Source of the DNA: Crenarchaeota archaeon 13_1_40CM_3_52_17
Lineage (GTDB): Archaea; Thermoproteota; Bathyarchaeia; 40CM-2-53-6
Reading direction: 5' to 3'
DNA: 64,000 bases
NCBI GenBank assembly: GCA_001918745.1
Contig: MNGN01000031.1
Span: 33,651 to 97,650, forward strand
In this document: positions 18,350-28,146 of the stretch, in pieces
Layout of the letters: the number at the start of each line of letters is the position of its first letter
Numbering within the stretch: position 1 is the first letter of the stretch
The notes under the pieces: generated by a model
What the model was told of the DNA's origin: nothing
The model's database searches: none
Seen by the model: the letters and a program-made list of their open reading frames with translations, nothing else
Made by a program: the position numbers and the translations under genes

Positions 18350-19219
18350 CTACCGCCATCTCTTGATTCGTTGTTCTAGCCTTTCGAAGAATGCTCGATC
18401 TAGAAGGATAGTTAGAAACCCGACCGTCATGATTGCAGCTAGACCGTAGGTCATTGAGTGCGCTGACCCCTGAATACTGTTTGAGATGAAACTTCCGACC
18501 CCTGCAACGCTTGCGATGATTTCCACAGCGAGGAGCACGTTCCAACTGAACTCGAATGAGAGTCTTAGTCCAGTTAGGAAGTTCGGAAAGATTGAGGGTA
18601 GGACGATTTTCGAGAAGGTGTCGAGTCTCCCCGCTTTGAACACGGAAGCAACGTGGAAGTAGTCTATAGGAATCTCCTTGACTCCTTGCCTAATTGTGAA
18701 GTAGATCGGAAAAAAAGCGCTGAAGGCCGAGATGGCTACTGCCGCTACATTACCTCGGCCAATCACGGTAACTAGGAGAGTTAGTATCGCTAGATCGGGC
18801 AAAGCGCCTACGAGCATAATGATCGGAGTTATTGCCTCGTCCAACTGGTTTCTCAGGCCTACTAGCAATGCTAGGGGCATGACCACCACTAGGGCAAGAG
18901 AAACTCCTGCTGCTACGTTGACGAAGCTTTGGCTGACGCGAGCGAGGAAGAATGGGGTTCCCCCGAGTTGGACGAGTGTGAGAAGAACACTATGAAGAGG
19001 CGGAAGTTGATCACTGGAAACCACTCCCGTCAATGCTACGGCCTCCCAAATAGCGAAGATCGCAACTAGCGTGATCATCCACGGGGGGAGTCGGGCTTTG
19101 TTCCGGCTTGTGTCCCGAACTCGATGGAAGACCTTGGGACTGAATGGCCAGAATCGCAGCTCGATACACCGGGAGTCGCAAAGTGCCCTCCCAGAACTAA
19201 TTAGGTTTGGACGCCACAC
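18350..19219 (-). CDS. ABC transporter permease (SsuC/TauC-like); true start probably internal (about 19078)
   Basis: 289 aa; six TM helices, EAA-like loop; first 47 aa look like non-coding read-through. Confidence 0.75.
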   Translation of the reverse strand: MWRPNLISSGRALCDSRCIELRFWPFSPKVFHRVRDTSRNKARLPPWMITLVAIFAIWEAVALTGVVSSDQLPPLHSVLLTLVQLGGTPFFLARVSQSFVNVAAGVSLALVVVMPLALLVGLRNQLDEAITPIIMLVGALPDLAILTLLVTVIGRGNVAAVAISAFSAFFPIYFTIRQGVKEIPIDYFHVASVFKAGRLDTFSKIVLPSIFPNFLTGLRLSFEFSWNVLLAVEIIASVAGVGSFISNSIQGSAHSMTYGLAAIMTVGFLTILLDRAFFERLEQRIKRWR

Positions 19220-19343
19220 CGGAAAAATTTTGCTCTTGACGACCTAATACCCTGAGCTCTACCCAACGCAGGGTTACCGGTTCTAAGGAAAGAAACGAGT
19301 AGTTAGAGGCAGGGGTTTGACTCGGAGTAGTTCAAAACGCGCG

Positions 19344-19393
19344 TGTGCAGAGCGGGATACTGCTGTGCAGACTTGTGCGGAGAGCTGTGCAGA
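19344..19393. repeat. four direct copies of TGTGCAGA / TGTGCGGA at spacings of 20, 10 and 12 nt
   Basis: directly read: GCGTGTGCAGAGC ... TGCTGTGCAGACT ... CTTGTGCGGAGAG ... GCTGTGCAGAAAA; lies in the 5' region of the minus-strand ABC operon and the 3' flank of ahcY. Confidence 0.5.
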
Positions 19394-19400
19394 AAAAGGG

Positions 19401-20699
19401 CTAGCCTTGCCAAGATTGGAGGTACTTTTGCTGGAGTCGGGACAAGGTGTCGATTTTGCGCCCGAAGGCTTCGAGTCTCTGTCTAGCGACCTCGAAATCG
19501 AGCTTATCGGGGACTTTGACAACCTTCGCAGGCAACTTGCCTTTGTTCTCAGTTAGATATTCTGCCGACAATGCTTGGTCAGAGAAACTCATGTCCATTA
19601 CCTCAGCCGGATGGCCATCTGCAGCGGCTAGGTTGACGAGACGACCTTCAGAGAGCAAGTAGAGCCTTTTTCTGTTTCGCATGGTATATTCAACAACCTC
19701 AGCGCGCACCCTCTTGCGCTTCACTGCAAGCTTCTCAAGGTCTCTGACCTTCACCTCTACAGTGTAGTGTCCGACGTTGCAGAGAATCGCTTTGTCCTTC
19801 ATTCTGAGCATGTGGGAAGCAGTTATCACGTCGGTGTCCCCGGTCGCAGTTATGAACAAATCACCTTTCTCAGCGGCTTCGATCATTGGCATGACGTCGA
19901 ACCCCTCCATCAGCGCCTCCAGGGCTCTAACAGGATTTACCTCAGTCACGATAACCTTGGACCCCATTCCGCGCGCACGTTCCGCTACTCCCCTGCCCAC
20001 CCATCCGTAACCAGCCACGACGACATTTCGGCCTGCGAGGAGCAGATTTGTTGCCCGCATTATCCCTTCGAGGCCGGATTGGCCGGTTCCGTACTGACTG
20101 TCGAACAGATATTTGGTCAGCGCGTCGTTAACAGAGATGACTGGAAAACGTAGCTTTCCTTGCCGCTCCATAGCTTTGAGGCGGATCACGCCAGTTGTGG
20201 TTTCTTCGCAAGCGCCAATGATTTTGCGCAAACGGCTTCCGCCGTTCACGTGTGCTAGAATCGAGAGCTCGGCGCCATCGTCGATCAGGATGTCTGGTTG
20301 CAAGTCTAGTACCCGATTCAGGTTTTGTCGGTGTTCTTTGTCGGTCACTCCGTGCCAGGCATATACGTGAACACCTGTTTCGGATAGCGCGGCTGCAACG
20401 TCATCTTGAGTCGAGAGGGGGTTGCTACCGGTTATTGCTACCTCCGCGCCAGCTCGATGCATGGATTCTGCTAGAACGGCGGTTTTTGCCTCCAAGTGGA
20501 GGCAGGTCCCTATCTTGTAGCCTTTGAAGCTCTTGTTGGCGACCAGTCTCCTTGTTATTTTTGCGAGAACGGGCATGTGTTCTCGAGCCCAGGCCATCTT
20601 CATCTTGCCTGAAGGAGCAAGTTTGGGGTCTTTTACCAGACTCAAAGTCAAGCCCGAGGTATCGGGGGAGGATATCAGCGTTATACACAATGGATCCAA
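19401..20699 (-). CDS. ahcY: S-adenosyl-L-homocysteine hydrolase
   Basis: 432 aa; NAD-binding GYGWVGRGVA and the conserved substrate-domain blocks (HLEAKTAVL, NPLSTQDD). Confidence 0.9.
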   Translation of the reverse strand: MDPLCITLISSPDTSGLTLSLVKDPKLAPSGKMKMAWAREHMPVLAKITRRLVANKSFKGYKIGTCLHLEAKTAVLAESMHRAGAEVAITGSNPLSTQDDVAAALSETGVHVYAWHGVTDKEHRQNLNRVLDLQPDILIDDGAELSILAHVNGGSRLRKIIGACEETTTGVIRLKAMERQGKLRFPVISVNDALTKYLFDSQYGTGQSGLEGIMRATNLLLAGRNVVVAGYGWVGRGVAERARGMGSKVIVTEVNPVRALEALMEGFDVMPMIEAAEKGDLFITATGDTDVITASHMLRMKDKAILCNVGHYTVEVKVRDLEKLAVKRKRVRAEVVEYTMRNRKRLYLLSEGRLVNLAAADGHPAEVMDMSFSDQALSAEYLTENKGKLPAKVVKVPDKLDFEVARQRLEAFGRKIDTLSRLQQKYLQSWQG

Positions 20700-20800
20700 T
20701 CCGGTCCCCGAGGCACTAATCCGGAAGATCTCCTACCCCCCAGACCCCTGTAAAATCGCGAGAGACCATCTCTCGTTCTCAACAAGAAGGCTTTGTATCA

Positions 20801-22408
20801 ATGAACAGCCAACCTTATCTCTCAAATCTCACGGTCCCGGATTCTCGTGGAAGATTGGTCGAAGTCACCATAAACGGATCGAATCTGACGCTGAGAGAGC
20901 TAGTGTCCGTGGCGAGAACCAACGACACGGTTAGAATAGACAAGAAGGCTCTGCAGAGAACAATGAGGGGGAGAGTGGTTCTTGAAAGGCTACTGCGAGA
21001 GGACGAGGTAATCTACGGGGTCAACACAGGATTTGGTGCGCTATCCAATTTCAAAGTCGCTCCGGGCGATCTCAGACAGCTTCAAATCAACCTACTCCGA
21101 AGCCATGCCGCGAGTGTAGGCACCCCTCACCGAGCGGAGGTAGTTAGGGCAATGATGCTCCTGAGAGCGAATACTCTGATCAAGGGCAATTCCGGCATCA
21201 GGCCAGAAATTCCTGAGCTCATAGTCGCGCTCCTTAACAAACGAATTCATCCATACATTCCTCAAAAGGGATCAGTCGGGGCTAGCGGCGATCTCTCTCC
21301 TCTATCTCACATGGCGTTGGTGCTAATGGGAGAGGGAAGGGCCGAATACCGCGAGAAATGGGTCTCAGGTAGACAAGCTCTCCGGAGGGCGGGTGTGGAT
21401 CCCGTACATCTCGAAGCCAAGGAAGGCTTGGCCCTTAACAATGGCACTCAGCAGATGACAGCGATTGGTTGTCTCAATCTTTGCGATGGCTACGATTTAT
21501 TCGCGGCATCTGAAGCGGCTCTCGCTCTTTCTCTGGAGGGGATCCGAGGATGGATTGACCCGTTCGATGAACGGATTCACGAAGTTAGACGCCACCCGGG
21601 GCAAATGCGAGTTGCATCCGATATTCGTGCCCTGGTAAAAGGCAGCAAATTGTGTCGGACGATAATCAGCGACGATCCTGCGAATGGGCGTCCCCAAGAC
21701 CCGTACTCTTTCCGATGCGCTCCCCAAGTCATGGGGCCGGTGATCGATGCGATGAATTATGTCGAGTCCACGCTTGAAATCGAGATGAACTCGGCCACCG
21801 ACAACCCGCTCATTTTTCCTGATCAAAGAGCCTGCTTGTCCGGGGGTAACTTTCATGGGCAGCCAATTTCCATGGCTCTTGACATTATGGGACTAGGTCT
21901 CTCCACACTCGCGAACATATCGGAACGAAGAATATCCGCCCTGCTCGACGCATCTATGAACAACGGCCTGACAGCCTTTCTAGTCGGGAGGGAATCGAAA
22001 CCTGGCCTTGCAAGTGGTTTGATGGCCCTCCAATACACGGCAACCGCTCTGGTCGCCGAGAACAAGATACTGGCCCATCCAGCTAGCAGCGACTCAATTC
22101 CAACCTCCAGTAATTTCGAAGACTTCGTAAGCATGGGACCCGGAGCTGCCCACAAATCAACCAGCATTCTTCAGAATTGCCGGTATGTGGTCGCGATAGA
22201 ACTCTTGACCGCGGCTCAGGCAGTCCATCTCAGAGGGGCCTCAGGTCTAGGAAAGGGTACTAGGAGTATCTATCGAGCAATCCGTGACGAGGTTCGCCCT
22301 CTGACCTGGGATAGATCTTCCCACGACGATATCGAGCGGATATTCGAGCTAGTCAAGACCAGACAATTCATCGGTATGGTCAATCGGTTCGTGAAGGGCT
22401 CGGATTAG
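20801..22408 (+). CDS. hutH: histidine ammonia-lyase
   Basis: 535 aa; MIO-forming GSVGASGDLSPLSHM motif. Confidence 0.85.
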   Translation: MNSQPYLSNLTVPDSRGRLVEVTINGSNLTLRELVSVARTNDTVRIDKKALQRTMRGRVVLERLLREDEVIYGVNTGFGALSNFKVAPGDLRQLQINLLRSHAASVGTPHRAEVVRAMMLLRANTLIKGNSGIRPEIPELIVALLNKRIHPYIPQKGSVGASGDLSPLSHMALVLMGEGRAEYREKWVSGRQALRRAGVDPVHLEAKEGLALNNGTQQMTAIGCLNLCDGYDLFAASEAALALSLEGIRGWIDPFDERIHEVRRHPGQMRVASDIRALVKGSKLCRTIISDDPANGRPQDPYSFRCAPQVMGPVIDAMNYVESTLEIEMNSATDNPLIFPDQRACLSGGNFHGQPISMALDIMGLGLSTLANISERRISALLDASMNNGLTAFLVGRESKPGLASGLMALQYTATALVAENKILAHPASSDSIPTSSNFEDFVSMGPGAAHKSTSILQNCRYVVAIELLTAAQAVHLRGASGLGKGTRSIYRAIRDEVRPLTWDRSSHDDIERIFELVKTRQFIGMVNRFVKGSD

Positions 22409-22409
22409 G

Positions 22410-23261
22410 TTGCATCTCTACCCTCTCAAATCCAGACTTATTCTGTCCGGCGATTCGATCATCGAGAGACTCGTTGAGGCACTTGCTAATGCCAAACTGG
22501 AGGTCAAGAACGGAGACATAGTCGCGATCGCGAGCAAGGTTGTCTCTCTTTCGGAGAGGAACGTTGTTCCGCTCGCGAAGGTCAAGCCCACGATCTCTGC
22601 CAGAAGACTTTCCCGCCGGTTTGGACTGGCTCCTGAGTTTGCTCAGGTCGTGCTCGATGAATCTGACGCCGTTTACGGTGGGGTTCCAGGCGCTCTTCTC
22701 GCACTCAAGAATGGGGATGCAGTAGCGAATTCTGGTGTTGACCGGAAGAATGCTCCAGACAAAAGCGTGATTCCATGGCCGGCTAATCCACAACGTTCCG
22801 CGCGGAAAATTCGAAGAGCAGTTAATCAAAAGCTCAAGAAAAGCGTAGGGGTCGTTATTGTCGACAGTCGCGTCACGCCTCTGCGCTTGGGGACGATCGG
22901 GCTGGCGATTGCTTGCTCAGGATTCCAACCGGTGAGGGACGCTCGAGGAATCAGAGACTTGTACGGGAGAAAGGTGGTAATGACGTTTCAGTCTCTGGCA
23001 GACGGAATCGCTGGGGCGGCCCATCTTCTAATGGGGGAAACCCGTGAAACTGTGCCGTTTGTATTAGTTCGAGGCGCCCCGGTTAGGCTATCCGGAGACA
23101 AACGCGCGGGCTCGATGACGCTTCCGGTCAAAGATTGTCTCTATATGAGCCAGATGCCTGGCCCGTTGCAGGAAAGACAGCGACTCAACCGTGGACACCT
23201 AGGCTTAGCGACCCATCCCTCGATCTCTAGGAGGGTCGAAATCGCTCATTTTCAGCCCTGA
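22410..23261 (+). CDS. cofE: CofE-like F420-0:gamma-glutamyl ligase family protein (TTG start), translationally coupled to hutH
   Basis: 283 aa; GDIVAIASKVVSLSE, EFAQVVLDESDAV, VANSGVDRKN, VGVVIVDSRVTPLRLGTIGLAIACSGF and DLYGRKVVMTFQSLADGIAGAAHLLMGE all align with CofE; 1-nt gap after the hutH stop. Confidence 0.7.
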   Translation: MHLYPLKSRLILSGDSIIERLVEALANAKLEVKNGDIVAIASKVVSLSERNVVPLAKVKPTISARRLSRRFGLAPEFAQVVLDESDAVYGGVPGALLALKNGDAVANSGVDRKNAPDKSVIPWPANPQRSARKIRRAVNQKLKKSVGVVIVDSRVTPLRLGTIGLAIACSGFQPVRDARGIRDLYGRKVVMTFQSLADGIAGAAHLLMGETRETVPFVLVRGAPVRLSGDKRAGSMTLPVKDCLYMSQMPGPLQERQRLNRGHLGLATHPSISRRVEIAHFQP

Positions 23262-23491
23262 TCTTGGAAATGGGGGGCTTTCTAGATTTCCCTTTAATCG
23301 TTCGGGGACGACCCCGTTAAACCCTCATAGCTTCGCCTCCCGATCCAACCCTTGATTGCGCTCTAAATCGGCTATCTCGCCAGGAGACCCAGACAGGAAA
23401 TCGTTCCTGAGGGAGGAGGGCCTAGCATAGAGCATCTCGTGACGCAAGAGCAGTCACTCCGGACCCTTGTTGAAATATACTTCCGAGATGC

Positions 23492-25183
23492 CTACTTGAG
23501 CATCGGCATCTGTATGCCCTTTTCCTTAGCTATTTTCCTCGCCACTGTATACCCAGCGTCTGCATGCCTCACGATCCCTATTCCAGGATCAGTAGTCAAT
23601 ACCCGCTCGAGTTTGCCCGCGGCCTCGGCTGTACCATCAGCGACGAGACACATTCCAGCGTGAATGCTATACCCCATTCCCACACCGCCACCTTGATGTA
23701 CACTAACCCAAGTCGCTCCGGCAGCTGTGTTCAGAAGCGCATTTAGTATAGGCCAGTCAGCAATCGCGTCGCTACCGTCAAGCATCCCCTCAGTCTCTCT
23801 CCTGGGAGACGCGACGCTTCCGCAATCGAGATGGTCCCTTCCAATCCAAATGGGTCCAGCAAGTTCTCCATTCGCCACCATTTCATTTATCAGTCTGCCA
23901 AATTTTGCTCGCTCTCCGAATCCGAGCCAGCATACTCGAGCCGGCAGCCCCTGGAACTTCACTTCTTTCTGAGCTTTACGAATCCACCGAGAGAGACCCT
24001 TGTCCCGAGGAAAGGTAGAGAGAACTAGATCATCGATCTTGCGAATATCTTCTGGATCTCCAGCTAGCGAAGTCCATCTGAAGGGTCCCCTGCCCTCGCA
24101 AAACATCGGCCTGATGTATCTCTGAACAAATCCCGGAAACTCAAACGCGTTCTTTAGCCCCGCGTCTAGGGCCCGTTGTCGAATATTGTTTCCATACTCA
24201 AACGCCACAGCCCCCCGTCGAGACATAGCGATGATAGCCTTCACATGCGTGAGAATACTTCTGCTTGCCCTCTTCAGATACTCTTTCGGATCAGATCGGC
24301 GCAGGGAGTCAGCCTCTTCCTTCGAAAGGCCCGCCGGATAATAACCGTTCAGAGGGTCATGAGCCGAAGTTTGATCGGTCGCAACATCGGGAGTCACGCG
24401 ACGTCGCAGAAGTTCAGGAAGTACCTCGGCAGCATTTCCTAGCAGGGCAACGCTACGTGGAATGTGATCTTGCTTCGCTTGCTGAACTATCTCTAGAGCT
24501 TCGTTAAGATCTTCAGTGAAATTCTGCAAATACCCATAACGGATTCTTTTCTCTATTGCCTTTTTGTCAATCTCTACCGCGAGAGCAACGCCATCATTCA
24601 TTGTGACCGCCAAAGGCTGAGCTCCTCCCATTTCGCCTAGACCCGCCGTCAACACGAGCTTTCCTGCGAGCGTTCCGTGAAAGTGTTCCTTAGCAACGGC
24701 CGCGAGCGTTTCGTAAGTGCCCTGCAGGATCCCCTGAGTCCCGATGAACGCCCAGGACCCTGCAGTCATCTGTCCATACATTATGAGACCCTTCTGCTCG
24801 AGCTCGTAAAAATAATCCCAGGTAGCCCACTTCGGAACAATCATGCTGTTAACGATCAAAACCCGCGGAGCCAGATTGTGGGTCTTGAACACTGCGACTG
24901 GCTTGCCACTTTGGATAAGAAGAGTCTGATCTTCTCCAAGGTTCTCCAGACTCTCAAGCGTTGCTTCAAGCGCATCCCAAGATCTAGCCGCTCGCCCCGT
25001 TCCCCCATACACAATCAAGTGATCCGGGTCTTTGGCGACTTCTGGATCCAAGACATTGTGTATCATCCGGTAAGCTCCTTCGATCTGCCAGGTCTTGCAG
25101 TGCAGCTCCGTCCCGGTTATCGCAGAGATCCGTCTTCGGTGTTTCAACACTGAAGAGACTCGAGGTTGTCTCTTTTGCGTCAA
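23492..25183 (-). CDS. hutU: urocanate hydratase
   Basis: 563 aa; full-length urocanase blocks incl. NAD-binding GGMGGAQP-like [10 protein letters not shown]. Confidence 0.9.
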   Translation of the reverse strand: MTQKRQPRVSSVLKHRRRISAITGTELHCKTWQIEGAYRMIHNVLDPEVAKDPDHLIVYGGTGRAARSWDALEATLESLENLGEDQTLLIQSGKPVAVFKTHNLAPRVLIVNSMIVPKWATWDYFYELEQKGLIMYGQMTAGSWAFIGTQGILQGTYETLAAVAKEHFHGTLAGKLVLTAGLGEMGGAQPLAVTMNDGVALAVEIDKKAIEKRIRYGYLQNFTEDLNEALEIVQQAKQDHIPRSVALLGNAAEVLPELLRRRVTPDVATDQTSAHDPLNGYYPAGLSKEEADSLRRSDPKEYLKRASRSILTHVKAIIAMSRRGAVAFEYGNNIRQRALDAGLKNAFEFPGFVQRYIRPMFCEGRGPFRWTSLAGDPEDIRKIDDLVLSTFPRDKGLSRWIRKAQKEVKFQGLPARVCWLGFGERAKFGRLINEMVANGELAGPIWIGRDHLDCGSVASPRRETEGMLDGSDAIADWPILNALLNTAAGATWVSVHQGGGVGMGYSIHAGMCLVADGTAEAAGKLERVLTTDPGIGIVRHADAGYTVARKIAKEKGIQMPMLK

Positions 25184-26427
25184 GGGACCTTCTTACCGTC
25201 CCTCACTACCAGTTTGCCTCCGATAAGGACATCGTCAACGATACTCTCACCATACGTGTACCCAATCCACCTGTGACTGGGTACTCGCAAAGTCACAAGG
25301 TCCGCCTCTTTCCCGATGTGGAGACTTCCAACCCTTTTCTCCAATCCTAAGGCTCTGGCTGCATTGATCGTTATCGCCCGGACTACTTCAGGAGCACTCA
25401 TTCGCAACTCTCGCGACGCAAGAGCTGCGACAGTCAACTGGCCGAGCATCCAGTTGGAAGGGCTGAAGTCGGTCCCTAGGGCGACGGGAAGGCCGAGGGC
25501 AAGCATAGTCCGAGCATTTGCGTTCTCCCCGTTGAGCGTGCTAAGTGATGATGCGGGCAACACGACTGGGGTTACTCTCGTTTCAGCCATTTTTTCGAGC
25601 TGTTTTGTTGGAGAGTGGATAAGATGGTCCGCAGAAGTAGTATGGAGTTTGTTAGCTACCTCAGCTCCTCTACTATCCGTGAATTGGTCGGCGTGTATCT
25701 TTAGTTTCAGACCGAGTTTCCGAGCTTTCCCAAGAATCCGAGCCGACTCGAGCGAGTCAAACGCGCCCTGCTCACAAAACACATCACAGAAGTCGGCCAG
25801 TCCTGATCGAGCAATTTGTGGTAGCATTTCGTCGATCACATCCAGAACATATTCTGATGGAGTCTCACCAGGTGGAACCGCATGAGCACCCATGAAGGTA
25901 GGGACGATATGGCATGAGTGATACTTCCTCAGGCGGTTAATCGTTTTGAGAATCTTGAACTCTTCGTCGTCTCTAAGTCCGTAGCCACTCTTTATCTCAA
26001 CGGTGGTCGAGCCGGATTCAAGACAAGTGTCGAGTCTCTGTTTGCCAGATTGAAACAGCGATTCTGAGCTGGCCTGGCGAGTTCTGTTCACTGTCTCGAT
26101 TATTCCTCCACCCTTGCGCAGAACATCCAAGTATGAGGCTCCTTCAATCCTAGATTGAAATTCGGCATCACGAGCTCCTGCGAAGACCAGGTGCGTGTGA
26201 GGGTCCACGAAGCCAGGTAGTATGATCTCGTCCGCAGCGTCTATCGTTGTACTCGACTGGAATTTTCTTTCCAGCAGTTCTGAGGAAGCTGCCAAGACGA
26301 TCTTGCCTTGGCTGATCGCGACACCTCCATTGTCGATCACCCCAAGTCCAGTCTTATTGTCACGAGTGACTAGGGTTATGGTCTCATTCGAGTTCAGAAT
26401 CAAAACGTCAACGTGTTTCTTTGCCAT
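25180..26427 (-). CDS. hutI: imidazolonepropionase
   Basis: 415 aa; amidohydrolase metal ligands (DPHTHLVF ... KIHADQ); ATGA overlap with hutU. Confidence 0.85.
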   Translation of the reverse strand: MAKKHVDVLILNSNETITLVTRDNKTGLGVIDNGGVAISQGKIVLAASSELLERKFQSSTTIDAADEIILPGFVDPHTHLVFAGARDAEFQSRIEGASYLDVLRKGGGIIETVNRTRQASSESLFQSGKQRLDTCLESGSTTVEIKSGYGLRDDEEFKILKTINRLRKYHSCHIVPTFMGAHAVPPGETPSEYVLDVIDEMLPQIARSGLADFCDVFCEQGAFDSLESARILGKARKLGLKLKIHADQFTDSRGAEVANKLHTTSADHLIHSPTKQLEKMAETRVTPVVLPASSLSTLNGENANARTMLALGLPVALGTDFSPSNWMLGQLTVAALASRELRMSAPEVVRAITINAARALGLEKRVGSLHIGKEADLVTLRVPSHRWIGYTYGESIVDDVLIGGKLVVRDGKKVP

Positions 26428-26480
26428 GCAAGATCTGCACGTTGCACGTCTGTTGTTGACTAAAAAGTGGACTGTTTGGA

Positions 26481-27572
26481 TTAGAGAGTCATTCTTCCAT
26501 CAACCATTATCGTTTGCCCGTCGATCTCGACTGTCGGCTTTGTAATGGTTCCTGAGAATGTGAAGCTACTATCGTTCTTGCCGCCGATACCCTTATTGGC
26601 TCCCACGCCAATTGTCACGGTGCCTAGAGATAGCTCGTCAGTTGTGTATCCTATCAGGTCTACTTTGGGATTTAGCCCTAGAGTAAACTGGGCTATTTTG
26701 TCTCTGTCGCCTTGGGTTGCCTCGAAAACCTCTCGAAAGACCTCTTCGTACTTTTTAGCTCGGAATTCTTTGATCCGGCCCTTCTCGAAATCCAGTCTGA
26801 GTTCTTGTATCAGCCTTCCTTTCAGGGCTCTGGGGAGATCATAGACGACTGTTCCTCGGGCTGACTCTTCTAGTGGAGCGACCTCGACCTTGCCTGAGGG
26901 CAACTGTGTTGAGACAAGTCCATGTTCTACGTCGGCTTGATCAACAATCCCATCTTGGACGTGAATAGGTCTCTTGGTGATCTCGAACCTCACATCTGTG
27001 CCTCCCTTAGATGTGATGTGCACCTTGCTTCCTCGTTCCAGGCGGAGAGCTACTTTCCTTCCGAGCTCTGCGAGCTTCGGATAGTCGACCTTGATCGCCT
27101 CTTCGGTCATTCTCAGCCAACGGTCATAGTCGAAACCGTAGGCTTTAGCACGCTGCGGGGTAACATGACCGAGAAGGAGTTCGGCTGTTCGAACTTTTTT
27201 CTCGAAAGTCTTGTCGAGGACAGGTTTGTCTCCTTCGAAGAGGATTTCTAATCTTGAAGCTGGTACATCCCGGAACTTCGTCGGGTCTTCAGGCCCACCA
27301 AGCGCGATCCAGACTGTTACATTGTCGACAGCACTGAGAACGTGGCGAGGGACCTTGCGCATGTACTGTTCAGGGATCTCAGCAAGGGTTCCCCACCAGA
27401 GGCGGTCGGTATTGAGTGTGATGAGGGGCTTTGCGCCTGTCCGATAGCATTCGAGGGCTATTTCACTAGCTAGATCGACAGTATGTTGCCAGGTTTCAAT
27501 GAGGACCATGTCATCTTCGTGAACCCTCAGACAAGTGTGAACGACACGCTTTGCAATGCTGTCCTCAAGCAA
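26481..27572 (-). CDS. aminopeptidase, M29 (AmpS/aminopeptidase T) family
   Basis: 363 aa; overall M29 architecture; 53 nt upstream of hutI on the same strand. Confidence 0.55.
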   Translation of the reverse strand: MLEDSIAKRVVHTCLRVHEDDMVLIETWQHTVDLASEIALECYRTGAKPLITLNTDRLWWGTLAEIPEQYMRKVPRHVLSAVDNVTVWIALGGPEDPTKFRDVPASRLEILFEGDKPVLDKTFEKKVRTAELLLGHVTPQRAKAYGFDYDRWLRMTEEAIKVDYPKLAELGRKVALRLERGSKVHITSKGGTDVRFEITKRPIHVQDGIVDQADVEHGLVSTQLPSGKVEVAPLEESARGTVVYDLPRALKGRLIQELRLDFEKGRIKEFRAKKYEEVFREVFEATQGDRDKIAQFTLGLNPKVDLIGYTTDELSLGTVTIGVGANKGIGGKNDSSFTFSGTITKPTVEIDGQTIMVDGRMTL

Positions 27573-27688
27573 GAGAGGTATCGGCTAGGTACGTGGGAAC
27601 CATGCCGTACATAAGCGTTCAATGGTCGCGTGGAGTCTCGTCACTAGACAACCGGACAAGCGGTGTTAGACAATCCATTTGGTCGGGG

Positions 27689-28132
27689 TCACTCAGAGAG
27701 ACCGAATCCCAGTACGATAAGAGAGTGAAAACGACGCGTCAACTCGCTGACCTGCGGCTTATAAAAGACCGCTGCAGATTGTCTTGACTGCTGAAATTCT
27801 GTAAAGGTTCCATTGTATTCCCCTAGTATTTTGGAAACCGCATATTCTTCGTAAGGATCTCCTAACAATGTGAATGCTCCGGGTCCCAACTCTCTCCTTC
27901 TCAACAAGACCAGGGGAAGCCTGACCTTATCACGCAACGCATCAGGCAACTCAGCATTCAAAGCCTCAACCTCACTTTTTTTCATAGGAGCCTTCTCTCC
28001 GCCTACCGTTGAGACAGATGGTTGTTCCTCAGCCAACAGTTCTCTGATGGTTTTCCGATTCTTTGGAAGGTGTGTGTTGAGCTTTCGCAATTCGTTTTGC
28101 AGCATCACGTCGAAAAAGCCATCTCGATCCAC
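27689..28132 (-). CDS. hypothetical protein
   Basis: 147 aa; no recognisable motif; directly downstream of fibrillarin. Confidence 0.3.
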   Translation of the reverse strand: MDRDGFFDVMLQNELRKLNTHLPKNRKTIRELLAEEQPSVSTVGGEKAPMKKSEVEALNAELPDALRDKVRLPLVLLRRRELGPGAFTLLGDPYEEYAVSKILGEYNGTFTEFQQSRQSAAVFYKPQVSELTRRFHSLIVLGFGLSE

Positions 28133-28146
28133 GGAAACTTCCTGCC

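Noticed and set aside
19283-19556. Two 79-aa ORFs on opposite strands between the ABC operon and ahcY
   Set aside because: Both overlap the TGTGCAGA repeat array and are Ser/Ala/Cys-rich translations of it; treated as non-coding regulatory DNA.
23262-23491. Hairpin GGAAAT-N14-ATTTCC in the convergent cofE/hutU intergenic region as a possible ncRNA
   Set aside because: A single short stem between convergent genes is adequately explained as a terminator-like element.
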